Of a stretch of 64,000 bases of DNA, positions 1 through 11,286 are shown in pieces (position 1 is the first letter of the stretch; the number at the start of each line of letters is the position of its first letter). This DNA is from Zygnema circumcarinatum SAG 698-1b. Taxonomy: Eukaryota; Plantae; Zygnematophyceae. Where the stretch lies: assembly GCA_037447605.1 (NCBI GenBank), contig CM074806.1, positions 682,001 to 746,000 on the forward strand, in the 5' to 3' direction. A program made the translations under genes and the position numbers. The notes under the pieces were generated by a model. That model was not told the DNA's origin and searched no databases. It saw only the letters and a program-made list of their open reading frames with translations.

Positions 1-520
1 CCCATTCCCAAACACCAAAATGTTTATCCTGCCCGTCACCGTTACCGTACCTTTTGGCAGGTATTGGGCATTCATGATTTCATTGGAAAGCCACAAAAGA
101 CAGTTATGACCGTTATCCACCGCTGGGCGGTAGCCGAAAGGTCCAAAATCCGAGTCCACCAATCATGTCCCCTTCCTCCCAACCGCCGCTATAAAACAAT
201 TAGAGTAGCCGAAATCCGTACAATATTGTACCCTATTTGTACACTTCCCAGCACACGGGACGGTTTTTCCGCTTCCCGAACAGCCACCGGCAGTTGGTAA
301 TTTCCCACAACTGAACAAAACTGGCCGTTTTTCCTTTACTTCGGGACAGGCCGGCCCTGCAGTCGCCTGCTGCCGACCTTACCCGCCAGGCTGAAGGCGG
401 GGACCGCTATAGAAGAGGAGCAGGCTGCCCCCCCCGCCCTCTGCGCATCCTTTCCGCCTCGACTTGCTGATATTCTCAAATCTTAGAGCTTGCAATATTC
501 TAAGGGGCTAGAATCTCGAG

Positions 521-1777
521 ATGGTTTCCTTAGAGAGGAGGCAGCATGCGCTGGGACTGGCTCTGAGAGTGGCAATTATCTGCAGCAGCTTGGTGTGGGG
601 CTGCCACAGCGAGGCGGTTTCAGATGGGGGGGTCTCGCTGGGCCCTCTGGAGAGAGAAAAGTCTTTTTTTTTCAATGAGACGGAGTCCTTCGATGCAAGG
701 GGGCGACTCCGAGGGGAACAGGGAAGGCGACGGCTGCTGGAGATACCGGAGGAGGAGCATGTCTTCACAGATGACGAGCCGGAAAGTCCCGACTATGTGA
801 AGCTCGTGGAGCATCTGGAGGCCCCAGCACACGAGTCTCTCTTCTTAATCAAAAACTATGTCACCTGCTCCGCAATCCCTATCGAGGCCGTCCCGCCCTC
901 TGACGGAAGCGCCGGCATCGTCGTGGAATTCGATGGTGAATTCGGATACGAGATGCTCGCCGTTCTCCCCTACGCATATTACCACTACGTTAATGGCGGC
1001 CTCCTCGGAACTGTCAGCTGCGGCGACAGCTCCATGTCCGTGTTCTACTTTTTCAGCCCCAACCACCAGACCAATCCGCGCTGCAAGCGGCACTTTAAGT
1101 GGGAGGGCATCCGCCAGTTCGGTTGGACCCGCGGCCTGCATGAGAGCGACATTCCCAAGGCATGGACCCCGCCTCCTCTCAGCGTCCACTTCTCGCGCTG
1201 CCCCAGAGTCTGGCAGGAAATTCCGAAGGGCGCGAAGCTGGTCATCATCGCGAACAAGTTTTCTCGCGAGTGGGATAAGGCGCCAGTTAATTTCCTGGAC
1301 GTGAAGACCCTCCGCACGGTGCTGAACCTGTTCTTAGAGGCGGGCTTCTACGTGGTCTACAACAGAGCGCAGACGATGATGGAGATGGAGAGCAGGGAGG
1401 AGATGCATGGCGCGCGTCTGGATGACTTCAAGGTTGTGCGGAAGATGTATTTGGACCCGAACGTGGGCAGCCGGATCCGCGTGATGCAGGACATTTACAA
1501 GGGCATTTCGGGCATCTCTTATAATGAGCTGCAGCTGCGCCTGATGTCTCGGGCGAAGTGCTTCACGAGCGTGCAGGGCGGGACGAGCATTCTGTCGAGC
1601 TACTTTGGAGGCAGGAATTTGATCTACGCGCGGGAGGGGCATGAGGTGGAGTTCAATGTGTTCCCGAGGGTCTATCCGCGCCTCTCGGGAGCGGAGATAG
1701 TGGTGACGAATACGTATGCAGATTTCGTGGAGCAGGTCAAGGATATGATCGCAAACGGGCCTTGTGAGACTCAATAG
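521..1777 (+). CDS. Intronless 418-aa putative glycosyltransferase-like protein with N-terminal signal/anchor; bacterial-like uncharacterised family
   Basis: Long uninterrupted ORF. Hydrophobic N-terminus ALGLALRVAIICSSLVWG, then an acidic stem. Motifs GEFGYEMLAVLPYAY, LVIIANKF..EW..PVNF, YNELQL and FTSVQGG.SILSSYFGG.NLI resemble, from memory, Bacteroidetes polysaccharide-locus hypothetical proteins. GT function is inferred. Confidence 0.6.
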   Translation: MVSLERRQHALGLALRVAIICSSLVWGCHSEAVSDGGVSLGPLEREKSFFFNETESFDARGRLRGEQGRRRLLEIPEEEHVFTDDEPESPDYVKLVEHLEAPAHESLFLIKNYVTCSAIPIEAVPPSDGSAGIVVEFDGEFGYEMLAVLPYAYYHYVNGGLLGTVSCGDSSMSVFYFFSPNHQTNPRCKRHFKWEGIRQFGWTRGLHESDIPKAWTPPPLSVHFSRCPRVWQEIPKGAKLVIIANKFSREWDKAPVNFLDVKTLRTVLNLFLEAGFYVVYNRAQTMMEMESREEMHGARLDDFKVVRKMYLDPNVGSRIRVMQDIYKGISGISYNELQLRLMSRAKCFTSVQGGTSILSSYFGGRNLIYAREGHEVEFNVFPRVYPRLSGAEIVVTNTYADFVEQVKDMIANGPCETQ

Positions 1778-2549
1778 AGGAAAGGAGAGAAAGGGAGGGA
1801 GGGAGGGAGAGAGAGAGGGGAGTGGGGTAAATAGGGAGAGAGGTTGACAGACTGACGAGGCTTTTAGATGTTACTATTGTTAATATCTTTTTAAAAAAAT
1901 GAGGTAGTCTTTACGTGATTTTTGAAGGATTCTCGAGCATAAAAGTAGCTGTCAAAAAGGGAAAAAAAAGTTTTCCTGGCCAACAAATGTAGACTGGGGT
2001 TTTCTGTACACTTAATAATATATGCTTCCGGTAAAAAATAAGAAGCTGGCGAACAAGGGATGTTGGGAATACCAATAATACAAATATCTTTTCGAAAAAA
2101 AAGCTGTGATATTTATACTTATGATAGAAAAAAAAAAACTGATTGAAATAAAGCAGCAAACAGTGACATGATTGCAAATGCCAATACGTATGTAACATTT
2201 GTTCCATTTCATCCAATGACAACTTGTTCAATTTATTTCTCAAATAAACAATTTCCATTATGTCTCCCTTCCAACGAAAATTAAAGACTGAAAATTTTCC
2301 ACGTTCTTGAAGTGAGCCAAAAGTTCCTTCCAAGCAAGTGCCACTACTTGGCACGGGAAGGGAAGGAGCTTTTCGCCACTACATAATCTAAAAAGGAAAA
2401 CTTAAAAAAATAAAAGAACCGGAATCCCCCGGAAAAAAAAAAAAAAACACTACAATATCTGAATGCGAACTCAAAACAATGTTACTGACAGTTGCCGCTC
2501 GGTTTGGTACTACCACCACCAAAGTCAACCCAACCCGATGAAGTCAACC

Positions 2550-5500
2550 CTACGTTGACTTGGCACCCTTCACCTTCACCCCATTGATGATGTATGTGGT
2601 CACCGACTTCCCCAAAACTATTCTCGTCAGAGGCCCAGGAACCACGAGCTCCTTTATAAAAGCCGCGTAGGAATGATCCTCATTCTGAGACGTGCGGTAA
2701 ATGTCCACACTCGCCGTCGCGTTTACCGCCACAAACCCATCGAGGATGAAGGTGCGCGTAGCCTCCCCTGTGCCCTCATTCGTCACAACCAATACCAGCC
2801 GCTGCTCCTTCTTTCCGTACACCGCCAGAAGGCCGGCAGCGCAGGAAGAGTCCACGTGTATAGGGACGGAGCCGGGAGTGACCCACCTTGAAAATTGTTT
2901 CAGTACGAAATATTGCTTCCGAAGGACTCGATTGAAGGGTTGGGGGTTTGAAAAATCAGCGTAAATGAGACCCCAATATGGCTCCCCTGCAAAATCCTCT
3001 ACTGCCTGCCAATAGGACCACCCCCAGACTCCCATTACATTCACATCTAGGGTGATTGTTCTCCCCAACACAAGCGCAATGTCTAGGTCGCTCCCCTCCA
3101 GATAGAGTGGGCCCCACTCAGAGACTACCACTCGCTTCCCTAGTGAGAGCGCCGCCTTCGCCATGTTTTCGCGATAGTTAAGGGAACTCGTATACGAAAG
3201 TCCATCAATTGGCTGATAAGTATGCACATTAAGCCGCTTTATGACTTGCTGCGCAACTGTGTCGAATTTCGAGATGGCATCCGGAACATTCGACATCCAG
3301 GAATCGAATGCAGATAAGACTATTTTTACTTGTCGGTCTTCTATTGCCTGCTGCACGTATGGAAGAAACCTGTTCAATGAGCTTGGTGCGAAATTGCACC
3401 CTTCTTGAAGGCCGCCCTCCACCCACCACCCCTCCACAGGCTCGTTCACCGGCGAAAGGGTCTGAAACTCTATACCCCATTTCTCTTTGTACGCTACTAC
3501 CACATCTAGAATATATGATGCGTAGGCTGCATAGTTGCTTTTGTCTAAGTTATCCGCTTTGTATGTGAAAGCGCCGGCCACATCGCCACTAATAGTCATC
3601 CATGCAGGGGGGGAGTATGCAAATGCTTCCAATAAATTCACCCCTCTTCCTCTTGCACCCAACAGAATGGCTCGTTGGGGGAGATCTTGAGACCAGTTAT
3701 AGTGCGAAGTTGGAGTATATTTGAATCCCGGAGTTGCTCTGTAAGAGGTGGGAGCAGACTTGAATCTCAAATCCTTTTCTGATTTTCCTCCGCCGCCAAT
3801 GTTGTACCGTGCAACAGTTAAGCCAAGTCCTTTTTCTTTGTCGAATATTTCGTCCAAAAGGAGGGTCCGGTTTGCTTCAGGGAGAGTCCCAGCCCAGTTC
3901 GCCCACCTGGAAAGTGAAAAAGCATGCATGAAGGATTCAGTTTTCAAGCACACGAGAATGTGTGAAGGAAAGAAATTGAGATTGAATCGACCATTTTCTG
4001 ATGACAGTAGTCAACTTCGGAACGTTATCTTAGTCAGGTTCTTCATAAAGGTTAGTACTCTTTATGAAAACGTCAATCCCACCCACTGTCTTACCAAGCG
4101 AGAGAAGTTCCCCAGCCTTCCCATTGGATGCTGGTAAAATTCGCCTTAATAAGAATTCTATCTGCATGAATGATAGAAGAGAGGGAAGGAAAGGGAAGAA
4201 AAGGGGAGGGGGGGAGTGTGGGAGGATGTGGGGGTAGGGGGTAGCCGAAGGGAGTCAATATTCGACAAACATAAAACCATTCTGAAATGAAGTTATTTAG
4301 ATTCCTTGACCCAACCAGTCGAGCAATAGCAGCTTTCATCCGAGAAAAAAGTCGCTTTCATGCACTTCCCTTCTCCTTATCAAGCTCAACCCCAAATGAT
4401 TCATCGACCGCTAAATTTCCAGATTTCATATATTTGTTAAAAACTCCGTTTCAATTCCACTTTTCAAAGCCTCCGCTTTGTCAATCGCGGCTTACCTGCA
4501 ACCTTGTAACAGAGCGGAGGAGGAAGCTCCACGTCCAAGCCAGGGAGGACAAATTCTAAGCTTGTAAGTGACGATAAAAAAACCATGATGAGGATGGAGC
4601 CGACTGCACACCATCTCTGATGAACTCTGCTTCCCAAACCCCCCTCCCTTCTCTCTCATATAACTCGAATGTAGTGACAAGAATCAATATATGAGGCAAG
4701 CAATAGAACCTGGGGTTGACTTAGCCCACCATTCGTCTGAACTTACATTTGGTTTTCTGCCCAAATAGCGAAAACAAATTCGATTCGTCCATCGTGATGC
4801 GGCTTACAGAGTAATGAAGAAAACGAAAGGATGAGAAGAAAACGGGGGAGGGGGGGGGGGGGGGGGGGGNNNNNNNNNNGGGGGGGGGGGGGGGGGGGGG
4901 GGGGGTCCGACCTTATAATGTTCCACTCGCGCCTTTTTTGTGATATTGAGGAATCCGTGCCATCCCGTCCTTCTTCTTCCCCAGGATGACCTCCGTTGAC
5001 CAGCACCACATGGACCTCCCTCGAACATGCGCCATTGCTTTCTCGAAACACAGAAACAGATCGGAACGCACAATAGAGCACATAAAGAAATTTAGGGTTC
5101 CAGCATCATGTCCACCATCTCGCACTTCGTTTCCTGAGGCTTCTCATAGTTCCAACAAGCAATTATAAATTTTGGAAACTCGTATTTGAGTAATGCCTAG
5201 AACGACGCCATGAGAGGAAGCATCATGCCGTCATGCACGCATGGCGCCATCTCCCAACCCAAACGAGCTCACAAGTGCAAGTGAAGTGAAAGCACGAGTA
5301 GTGAAAGAGGAAGGGAGGGAGAGCATGAGGGAGGAAGGGAGCGAGTGAGAGGGAGAGCATGAGATAGATAGGGAAGGAGAGCGTGTGAAAGGGAAGGAGG
5401 GAGAGCATGAGAGAGAGGGGGAGAGCATGAGAGGGAGGGAAGGAGGGAGGGAGGGAGGGAGGGAGGGAGGGAGGGAGGGAGAGCATGGGAGAGGGAGGGA

Positions 5501-6072
5501 GAGAGAGCATGAGAGAGCGAGGGAGATAGAGCATGAGAGGGAGGGAGGGTGAGCATGAGAAAGAGCTAGAGAGTGCATGTAAATTTCCGTGCCCACCCAT
5601 CCCATACAGCAACCACCACCAACTCACCCACAATTTCTGCAATTTCTTGGCGCTTCCGGATTCGCCTCCACATCAAGGCTCCGCCCGCAACTGCGAAAAA
5701 AAAGCAAACGAGGCGCTCCTGAACTGATTAAAACAAAACCCACTTAAGCATCTTAAATTTCCTTACTATAAAAATGAATCCGCTGAAAAGTGTCCTCCTC
5801 GTCGCCAAACCATTCGTTAACAACAGGAGAAAAAATGAAAGAAAAATTACAAACAAAATAAATCGAATTTAGAATAACATTGGACAAGTTGTTCTAAAGG
5901 CGCAACCCCCACAAGCTCTATGGCACCTGATCTCCTCCGCGCCCTCCGCAGGGCCTCGCAGCACACAGCCATGGCTGCCGGCTCTCTCCTCCCCCCCAAC
6001 ATCTCCCGCGTCCCTTTCGGGAAGCCATGGATCCTCTTCTGCAGCGTTCCCGCGGGCTCTGTCGTCCGCCAT
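2550..6072 (-). CDS. GH30 glycoside hydrolase (GH30_5 endo-beta-1,6-galactanase-like) with type II membrane anchor; 6 exons, ~629 aa
   Basis: Phase-consistent GT-AG model: 6072-5927, 5690-5628, 5037-4912, 4626-4496, 4161-4095, 3906-2550. Splicing restores WEGWGTSLAWWAN. Other motifs: GLGLTVARYNIGGG, AFAYSPPAWMT, acid/base SPVNEP, nucleophile VVSEWG, C-terminal beta-sandwich. TM segment WCAVGSILIMVFLSSLTSLEFVL lies in exon 4. The last three exons are more secure than the first three. Confidence 0.8.
4870..4879. other. Assembly gap (10 N) inside a poly-G run; other gaps at 37502-37511 and 55314-55323
   Basis: N runs in sequence. Confidence 1.
5320..5570. repeat. GA-rich low-complexity repeat with recurrent GAGAGCATG units (GH30 intron 2)
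   Basis: About eight gagagcatg-type units embedded in GA/GGGA runs. Confidence 0.75.
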
Positions 6073-6414
6073 GGCTGTCAGAAGCAGCCCCTGCAGACCT
6101 TAACTGTAAAAGCGGCGCCTCTGAGCCCTCACGAGTCAGATACCCCTCTGATTTCCACGCATCCTTCCAAAGGTAGAAGCCTCATAGCGGCAGGAACCCC
6201 ATCAGAGCCAGCTGCCTCCTTCCTCGTGCTGCAGGAAGTGTCGCACTCGTAGCCATGGCGGCAGGCGAAGAGACATAAGTTGAAGGTAAAGGAGAGGGAG
6301 AAGAGAGAGCAGCAGGAGGAGGAGGAGAGAGGGGAGGGAGAGCAACGAGAGAGGCCCCCCCTCTCGTTCCGCCCGCCATGGCGGAGGGTGAGAGGGAGGA
6401 AGGAGAGGGAGAAC

Positions 6415-7230
6415 ACGTCACGAAAAGTCTATTTTCGTCGCTTTGGTCCGTTTGCTTGCGCGGACCACTGACGCGCCACCACGTGGCATTGACACGTGCG
6501 AATCCTGCCGGAGGGAGCGCCACGTGGCGGCGCAGCACTCGAAGCCGCGGAAGTGGGACGGCGAAGGAGCTCGGAAAGTGCGCCAGAAGCGGCGGTGCCG
6601 GCCAGGACCTGCCGGCCGGCAGGGACGGGCCGGCCGGCCGGCGGGTCCAAGCCGGCGGGTTGGCGGTGAGAAAATGTAGCCAGCGAAGTTTTGCAGCTTT
6701 CATTTTTCAGTTTGAAGGGTTCCGGTTTTTTAGGGGCTCCTGTGTGACGTCAAAATGACGCCCGTTTGTGCTTATGGCCAATCATAGTCGTTCAGCACGT
6801 CAGCACATTTAACTTTTAGATTATAAGAAGAAATGGGCGTACTTGGAAGGTTTTTCGTGCCATCGGCCGGCGGCCAGCGGAGGAGTTTGCCGGCCGGCAA
6901 TTGGAGCAGGCGGTTGGCTGGCCCGATGGCGGCCTGGCGGTTACGGACCGTTACTTGCGACGGAACGGCCGTACTGGAAAAAATTTCTGGTTCTATATTT
7001 AGTTGCGCAGCTTTTGTAAATATTTCACATTTTTTGATTCTAAACATGGAGACGATGTTAGAAATACTCTGCACGCTCTTTATTTATAAACCAGTGAGAA
7101 CGTGCCACGTGGTCTTACGTGCCAGCGTGGTGCTTGGGCGGGACTCCGTTCGAAGGAGAACTGGACTGCTATGCCTGACTGATGGACCAATCTTGACCTG
7201 CCACGTCATAGTCCTATGCCACGTGACAGT
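6415..7230. promoter_or_regulatory. Divergent promoter (GH30 / SDR) with G-box/ABRE cluster
   Basis: GCCACGTGGC at ~6476 and ~6519, ACACGTG at ~6492, GCCACGTGG at ~7105, CCACGTCA at ~7201, CCACGTGA at ~7218. Lies between two divergent starts. Confidence 0.5.
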
Positions 7231-7497
7231 CTGTGACTCTGTGGGACGACTCTCTCTCTGTGCAGCAGCAGTAGCAGATATCGAGGGAGGACGAAGGAGA
7301 GGGCCGGACGAGCAGACGCAGAGGGAGTGGCAGAGCGAGTGAGAGAGAGAGAGAGGGAGGGAGAGGGAGAGGGAGAGGGAGAGGGAGAGGGAGAGAGAGA
7401 AAGAAGAAGGAAATAGAGAGAGGAGAGAAAGAAGAAGGAAATAGAGAGAGGAAGAGAGAGTGGGAGAGAGTGTGTGGCAGGAGAGGCTGCGGCCGCC

Positions 7498-9669
7498 ATG
7501 GCTGCAAGGCGGCGGCTGCAGGGCAAGGTGGCCATAGTGACGGCCTCCACGGCGGGCATTGGCCTCGCGACGGCGCGCCGCCTCGCGGAGGAGGGCGCCA
7601 AAGTGGTGGTGTCCTCGCGCAAGCAGGTGCCCGCCGCCTCCTCCTCTGGGGGACCTCCGCGGGACGGGCCAGGGCAGGGAAGGGCAGGGCGGGGTAGGGC
7701 GGGGCAGGGTTCAGGGATTAGGGTTGCAAGGCTGTAACCCTAATCCGGGGTGGCAGGTCGTTGGTCTGGAGGCAGCTGGGCTTTTAAGAAGGGTGGGACT
7801 GTGTTTTTTTTCTTTTTGTATTCAATGGATTTTTATCCTAATATGTCACACTCCAATAGTTCAATTGTAGTGCCCTGTGCATATTCATGACAGTGACATG
7901 CATCTTAGTTTAGCTATCTCTTGTTTCTCCCTCCTTTCTGATTTTTACTTTTTCCGAGTGCAGAAGAATGTTGACGAGGTGGTGAATCAGATGAAGGCGG
8001 AAGGGGCGGATGTGGTAGGGGCAGTGTGCCACGTGGCACATGCAGAGCAGCGAAAAAATCTCATCAAAGTGGCGGTGGATGTGAGCTTCGTCATTTCTCC
8101 TTGAATGCGGAATACTCATTCCTGCTCGCAAGCGCTCGGCCATTTTCTTGGATTCTTCGTTCAAGAAATGATGTGAATCCAGGTCTGGAATATCTTGATT
8201 AAGTAATACAGCAGGAGCTTTATAGTATGCGGCAATGTACGAATGAAAGTTTTGTGATGATTGCTGGGGATTGTTCGTTGTTTAAAATGTGGTCTTTGTG
8301 CAGAAATTCGGCAAAATTGACATTCTGGTTTCGAATGCTGCCGTCAATCCAGGCGTCTCGCCCATATTGGACATGCCGGAATCGCAGATTGACAAGATAT
8401 TGGAGGTCAATATAAAGGCGGCAATTTTTCTTGTGCGGGTGCGTGCAGCGATTCCTTATTCAACTTCCCCGCCGCTTTCGTTTTCTTTTACTTAAAGGTG
8501 AAGAAACACAAAGTTCCTTCATTCCTTTCCATCATTCCGTTGGATCTTATGTTGTGAGTTGAATATTAAACTGGTTGTACTGCCAGAACTGTTTGACTGT
8601 TGAATCGCAGTTCGGTGTCAGAGCGATTCTTGGGCTCTGTCAAGCATCTCCTGAAGAAACAAAAGTCATTTAGGATAGCGATTCTCGTTTGAAATGGTTC
8701 TTAAAAAAAAGAAAACTTCTTGCTACATGATTACAGGATGCGAGGCCCTATCTATCAGAGGGTTCAGTGGTGATCTTCATTTCCTCTATCGCGGGTTTTA
8801 GTCCTTTTGCACCCCTGGGGGTCTATGGAGTCAGCAAAACAGCCCTGCTAGGGCTGACAAAGGTGCACGAACCATGCTTTGCAGCTTATCGCCTCCATTG
8901 TTTGTTTAACTGAAACTTGAATGCCTCTTCATGTGAAAGGATGAACGTGAACGTAACCCTCCCTTTCAGCAGCCGCGATTGGTGGATGAATGAACAGGGT
9001 CTCGCTGCCGAGCTTGCGCCCTCCATCCGAGTGAACTGCGTCGCCCCAGGCACCATTCCCACTAACTTCGCGGAGGCACTGGTCAGCTCAGACACTTCGG
9101 TACGAATACTTTCCTTTTGCCCGAACTTTAGGCCCAAATTTCAAGTTGGGGCGATGGAACCAATAGTGCAGGAGGTGTTGCAAGAAAGCATAACATAGAA
9201 ACGCTTGACAGATGGAGAATCTGCACAGGACAGGGAAGTTCAGGTTGCAGTTTAACGGCCTCACAATACTTTAAGAGCGTTTCCATGCTGGTAATCCTCG
9301 CATTTCAAGCTGGGGACCAAACTAGAGTACATGGAGACACCACCTCCTGCTCATCCCCTTAGCCTCGCAGAGCCCCACTTACCTCTCTCTCTTTCTCTCT
9401 CTCTCCCTCTCTCTCCCTCTTTCTCTCTCCCTCTCTCTCACCCTCTCTCTCTCTCTCCCTCTCTCTCTCTCTCTCTCCCTCCCTCCCTCCCTCCCTCCCT
9501 CCCTCCCTCCCTCCCTCAGAAGGAGGCCATGGAGGAGCTGACTCTCCTGAAGCGGCTCGGGACGGCGGAGGAGGTCGCGGCCGCCGTCGCCTTCCTCGCC
9601 TCGGACGACGCTGCTTACGTCACGGGGGAGACGCTGGTGGTGGCCGGAGGCATGCACTCGCGCCTCTGA
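7498..9669 (+). CDS. Peroxisomal short-chain dehydrogenase/reductase (DHRS4 / SDRa-IBR1-like), 6 exons
   Basis: Exons 7498-7626, 7964-8080, 8304-8438, 8737-8862, 8998-9099, 9520-9669. Motifs [29 protein letters not shown], catalytic [26 protein letters not shown]-terminal PTS1 SRL. Confidence 0.93.
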
Positions 9670-9977
9670 ACAGGAAGTCAACGGTCGTTGACCGGAAGGA
9701 AGTCAGCGGTTGTTGATTGGATGTCCTCCTCCGCTTGGCTGACGTATCTGTGCTTTTGAGATGTACAGAGAGAGTGAGGGAGAGACTGGGAGAGAGAGAG
9801 AGGGGAGAGAGGGAGAGAGAGAGAGATAGGCAAGATAGGCAAGAGGGGCTCTGCGAGACTAAGGGGAGGAGCAGGAGGTGGTGTCTCCATGTACTCTAGT
9901 TTGGTCCTCAGTTTGAAATGCGAAGATTACCAGCATGGAAACGCTGCTGGAGTGTTGTGGGGCCGTTAAACTGGAAC
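9244..9977. repeat. Inverted repeat, arms ~9244-9384 and ~9837-9977 (~90% identity), flanking SDR last exon
   Basis: Direct reverse-complement alignment, e.g. gaccaaactagagtacatggagacaccacctcctgct vs agcaggaggtggtgtctccatgtactctagtttggtc. Extended inward by CT (left) and GA (right) tracts. Confidence 0.92.
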
Positions 9978-11115
9978 ATGGACTTCTATGTTCAGTGAAG
10001 ATTCTCCACTTGTCAAGCGTTTCTATGTTATGCTTTCTTGTCCCGTCACAGTTCCACAACTGCTACATGGAACAGTTGTTTGGCCATGGCCACAAATCGG
10101 GGATCCCAATTGTCGTCAAAATAGGCGTCAGGTCAAATTGCATGACGTCGTTTCCTTGTCGTCATCCCTCGTGGATTTCTACACGACAATTTTGATGACG
10201 TAACAGCACATGGAGTTGAAACCTGCTCTATACCGAAACCAACGTTTTCAAATTTCCATAAATTGGGGGGCCCCCGTCCCCTGGCGCCCGGGCCGTTCCC
10301 TACAACGGGAACTGTAGCTCCATGGAGCCGACAGTGCCAAAATTTCCTGGGAGGACCATAATTGCAATTTGTTTTATCATTTTAACGCTACCCCCAACTG
10401 CGTCAAACATAAAACTGGAACCTACGGCTCACGATACACGACAAACCAGCTGTCATAATGAGCCCTTGGGCTGACGGCGGAAAAAACGTGGAGCTGTACG
10501 ACGGCCGGTATTTTGTCATATTTACGACACTATCAATCAGTGAAGTATTGCCACGTGTCCTCTCACCGACCACTTTTTGCTTCTTTTCCGAGATCGCCTG
10601 CGGCATTCTTTGTCGTCATCGTAAACGACAAAACAGTGAGGGCAGATTCGGAATTTGCGGGCTCGGAGGCGGTGCCCGGTCAGTTGAAAGGAAAAAAAAC
10701 AATTTATTTTTTCCTGCCCGCGCCTCGGCCCTAACGGCCGTTTTAACTGCCACTTCGGCCGTTGCGCCGACCACCACGTGGCAGCTCCTCGGCGACTCCG
10801 CTCCTTGCTGAACGAAAAAAGACATTTTTGTCCGTACGCGTTTGTCGTACATGCCGATGCAGGCAAGTGCCAGGGACCGTTAGATGGCTGCCACGTGTAC
10901 AAAAAGTGACGTGGGCCGACCGGCGTCGTCGAGGTTTGCAGGAGGCAAGGCCTCGCACATCCAGCAGAAATTTTTTATTTTCTCTGCCCGACACGACGGG
11001 CAGTATGTGACATGTTTGCGCGGCTGCCCGGCTGCCGAGGCTCCGTGACAGGACCCGCGGCTCCGCTCGGCGCGCAGGGCCGCCGGAAGGGTCGGGACGG
11101 GCCGCGGGGGGAAAG

Positions 11116-11149
<34 letters not shown>

Positions 11150-11286
11150 GGCGAGAGAGAGACGGCGAGAGAGAGGTGGGGAGAGAGGAGAGAAGAAGAG
11201 AGAGGTTGGGAGAGAGAGAAAGTAAAATAGGGGGAGGGGGGGAGAGAGAGATAGAGAGATTGAGAGAGAGAGAGAGAGGCGGCTCA

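Noticed and set aside
1-360. Possible hAT-type element end (CCGGCCCTG at 351-359, ACCGT-rich interior)
   Set aside because: No partner TIR or target-site duplication is visible within the window.
4743-4805. Extra candidate GH30 exon with a strong GTAAGT donor at ~4746
   Set aside because: Including it breaks the phase with the TM exon; the model without it is in frame.
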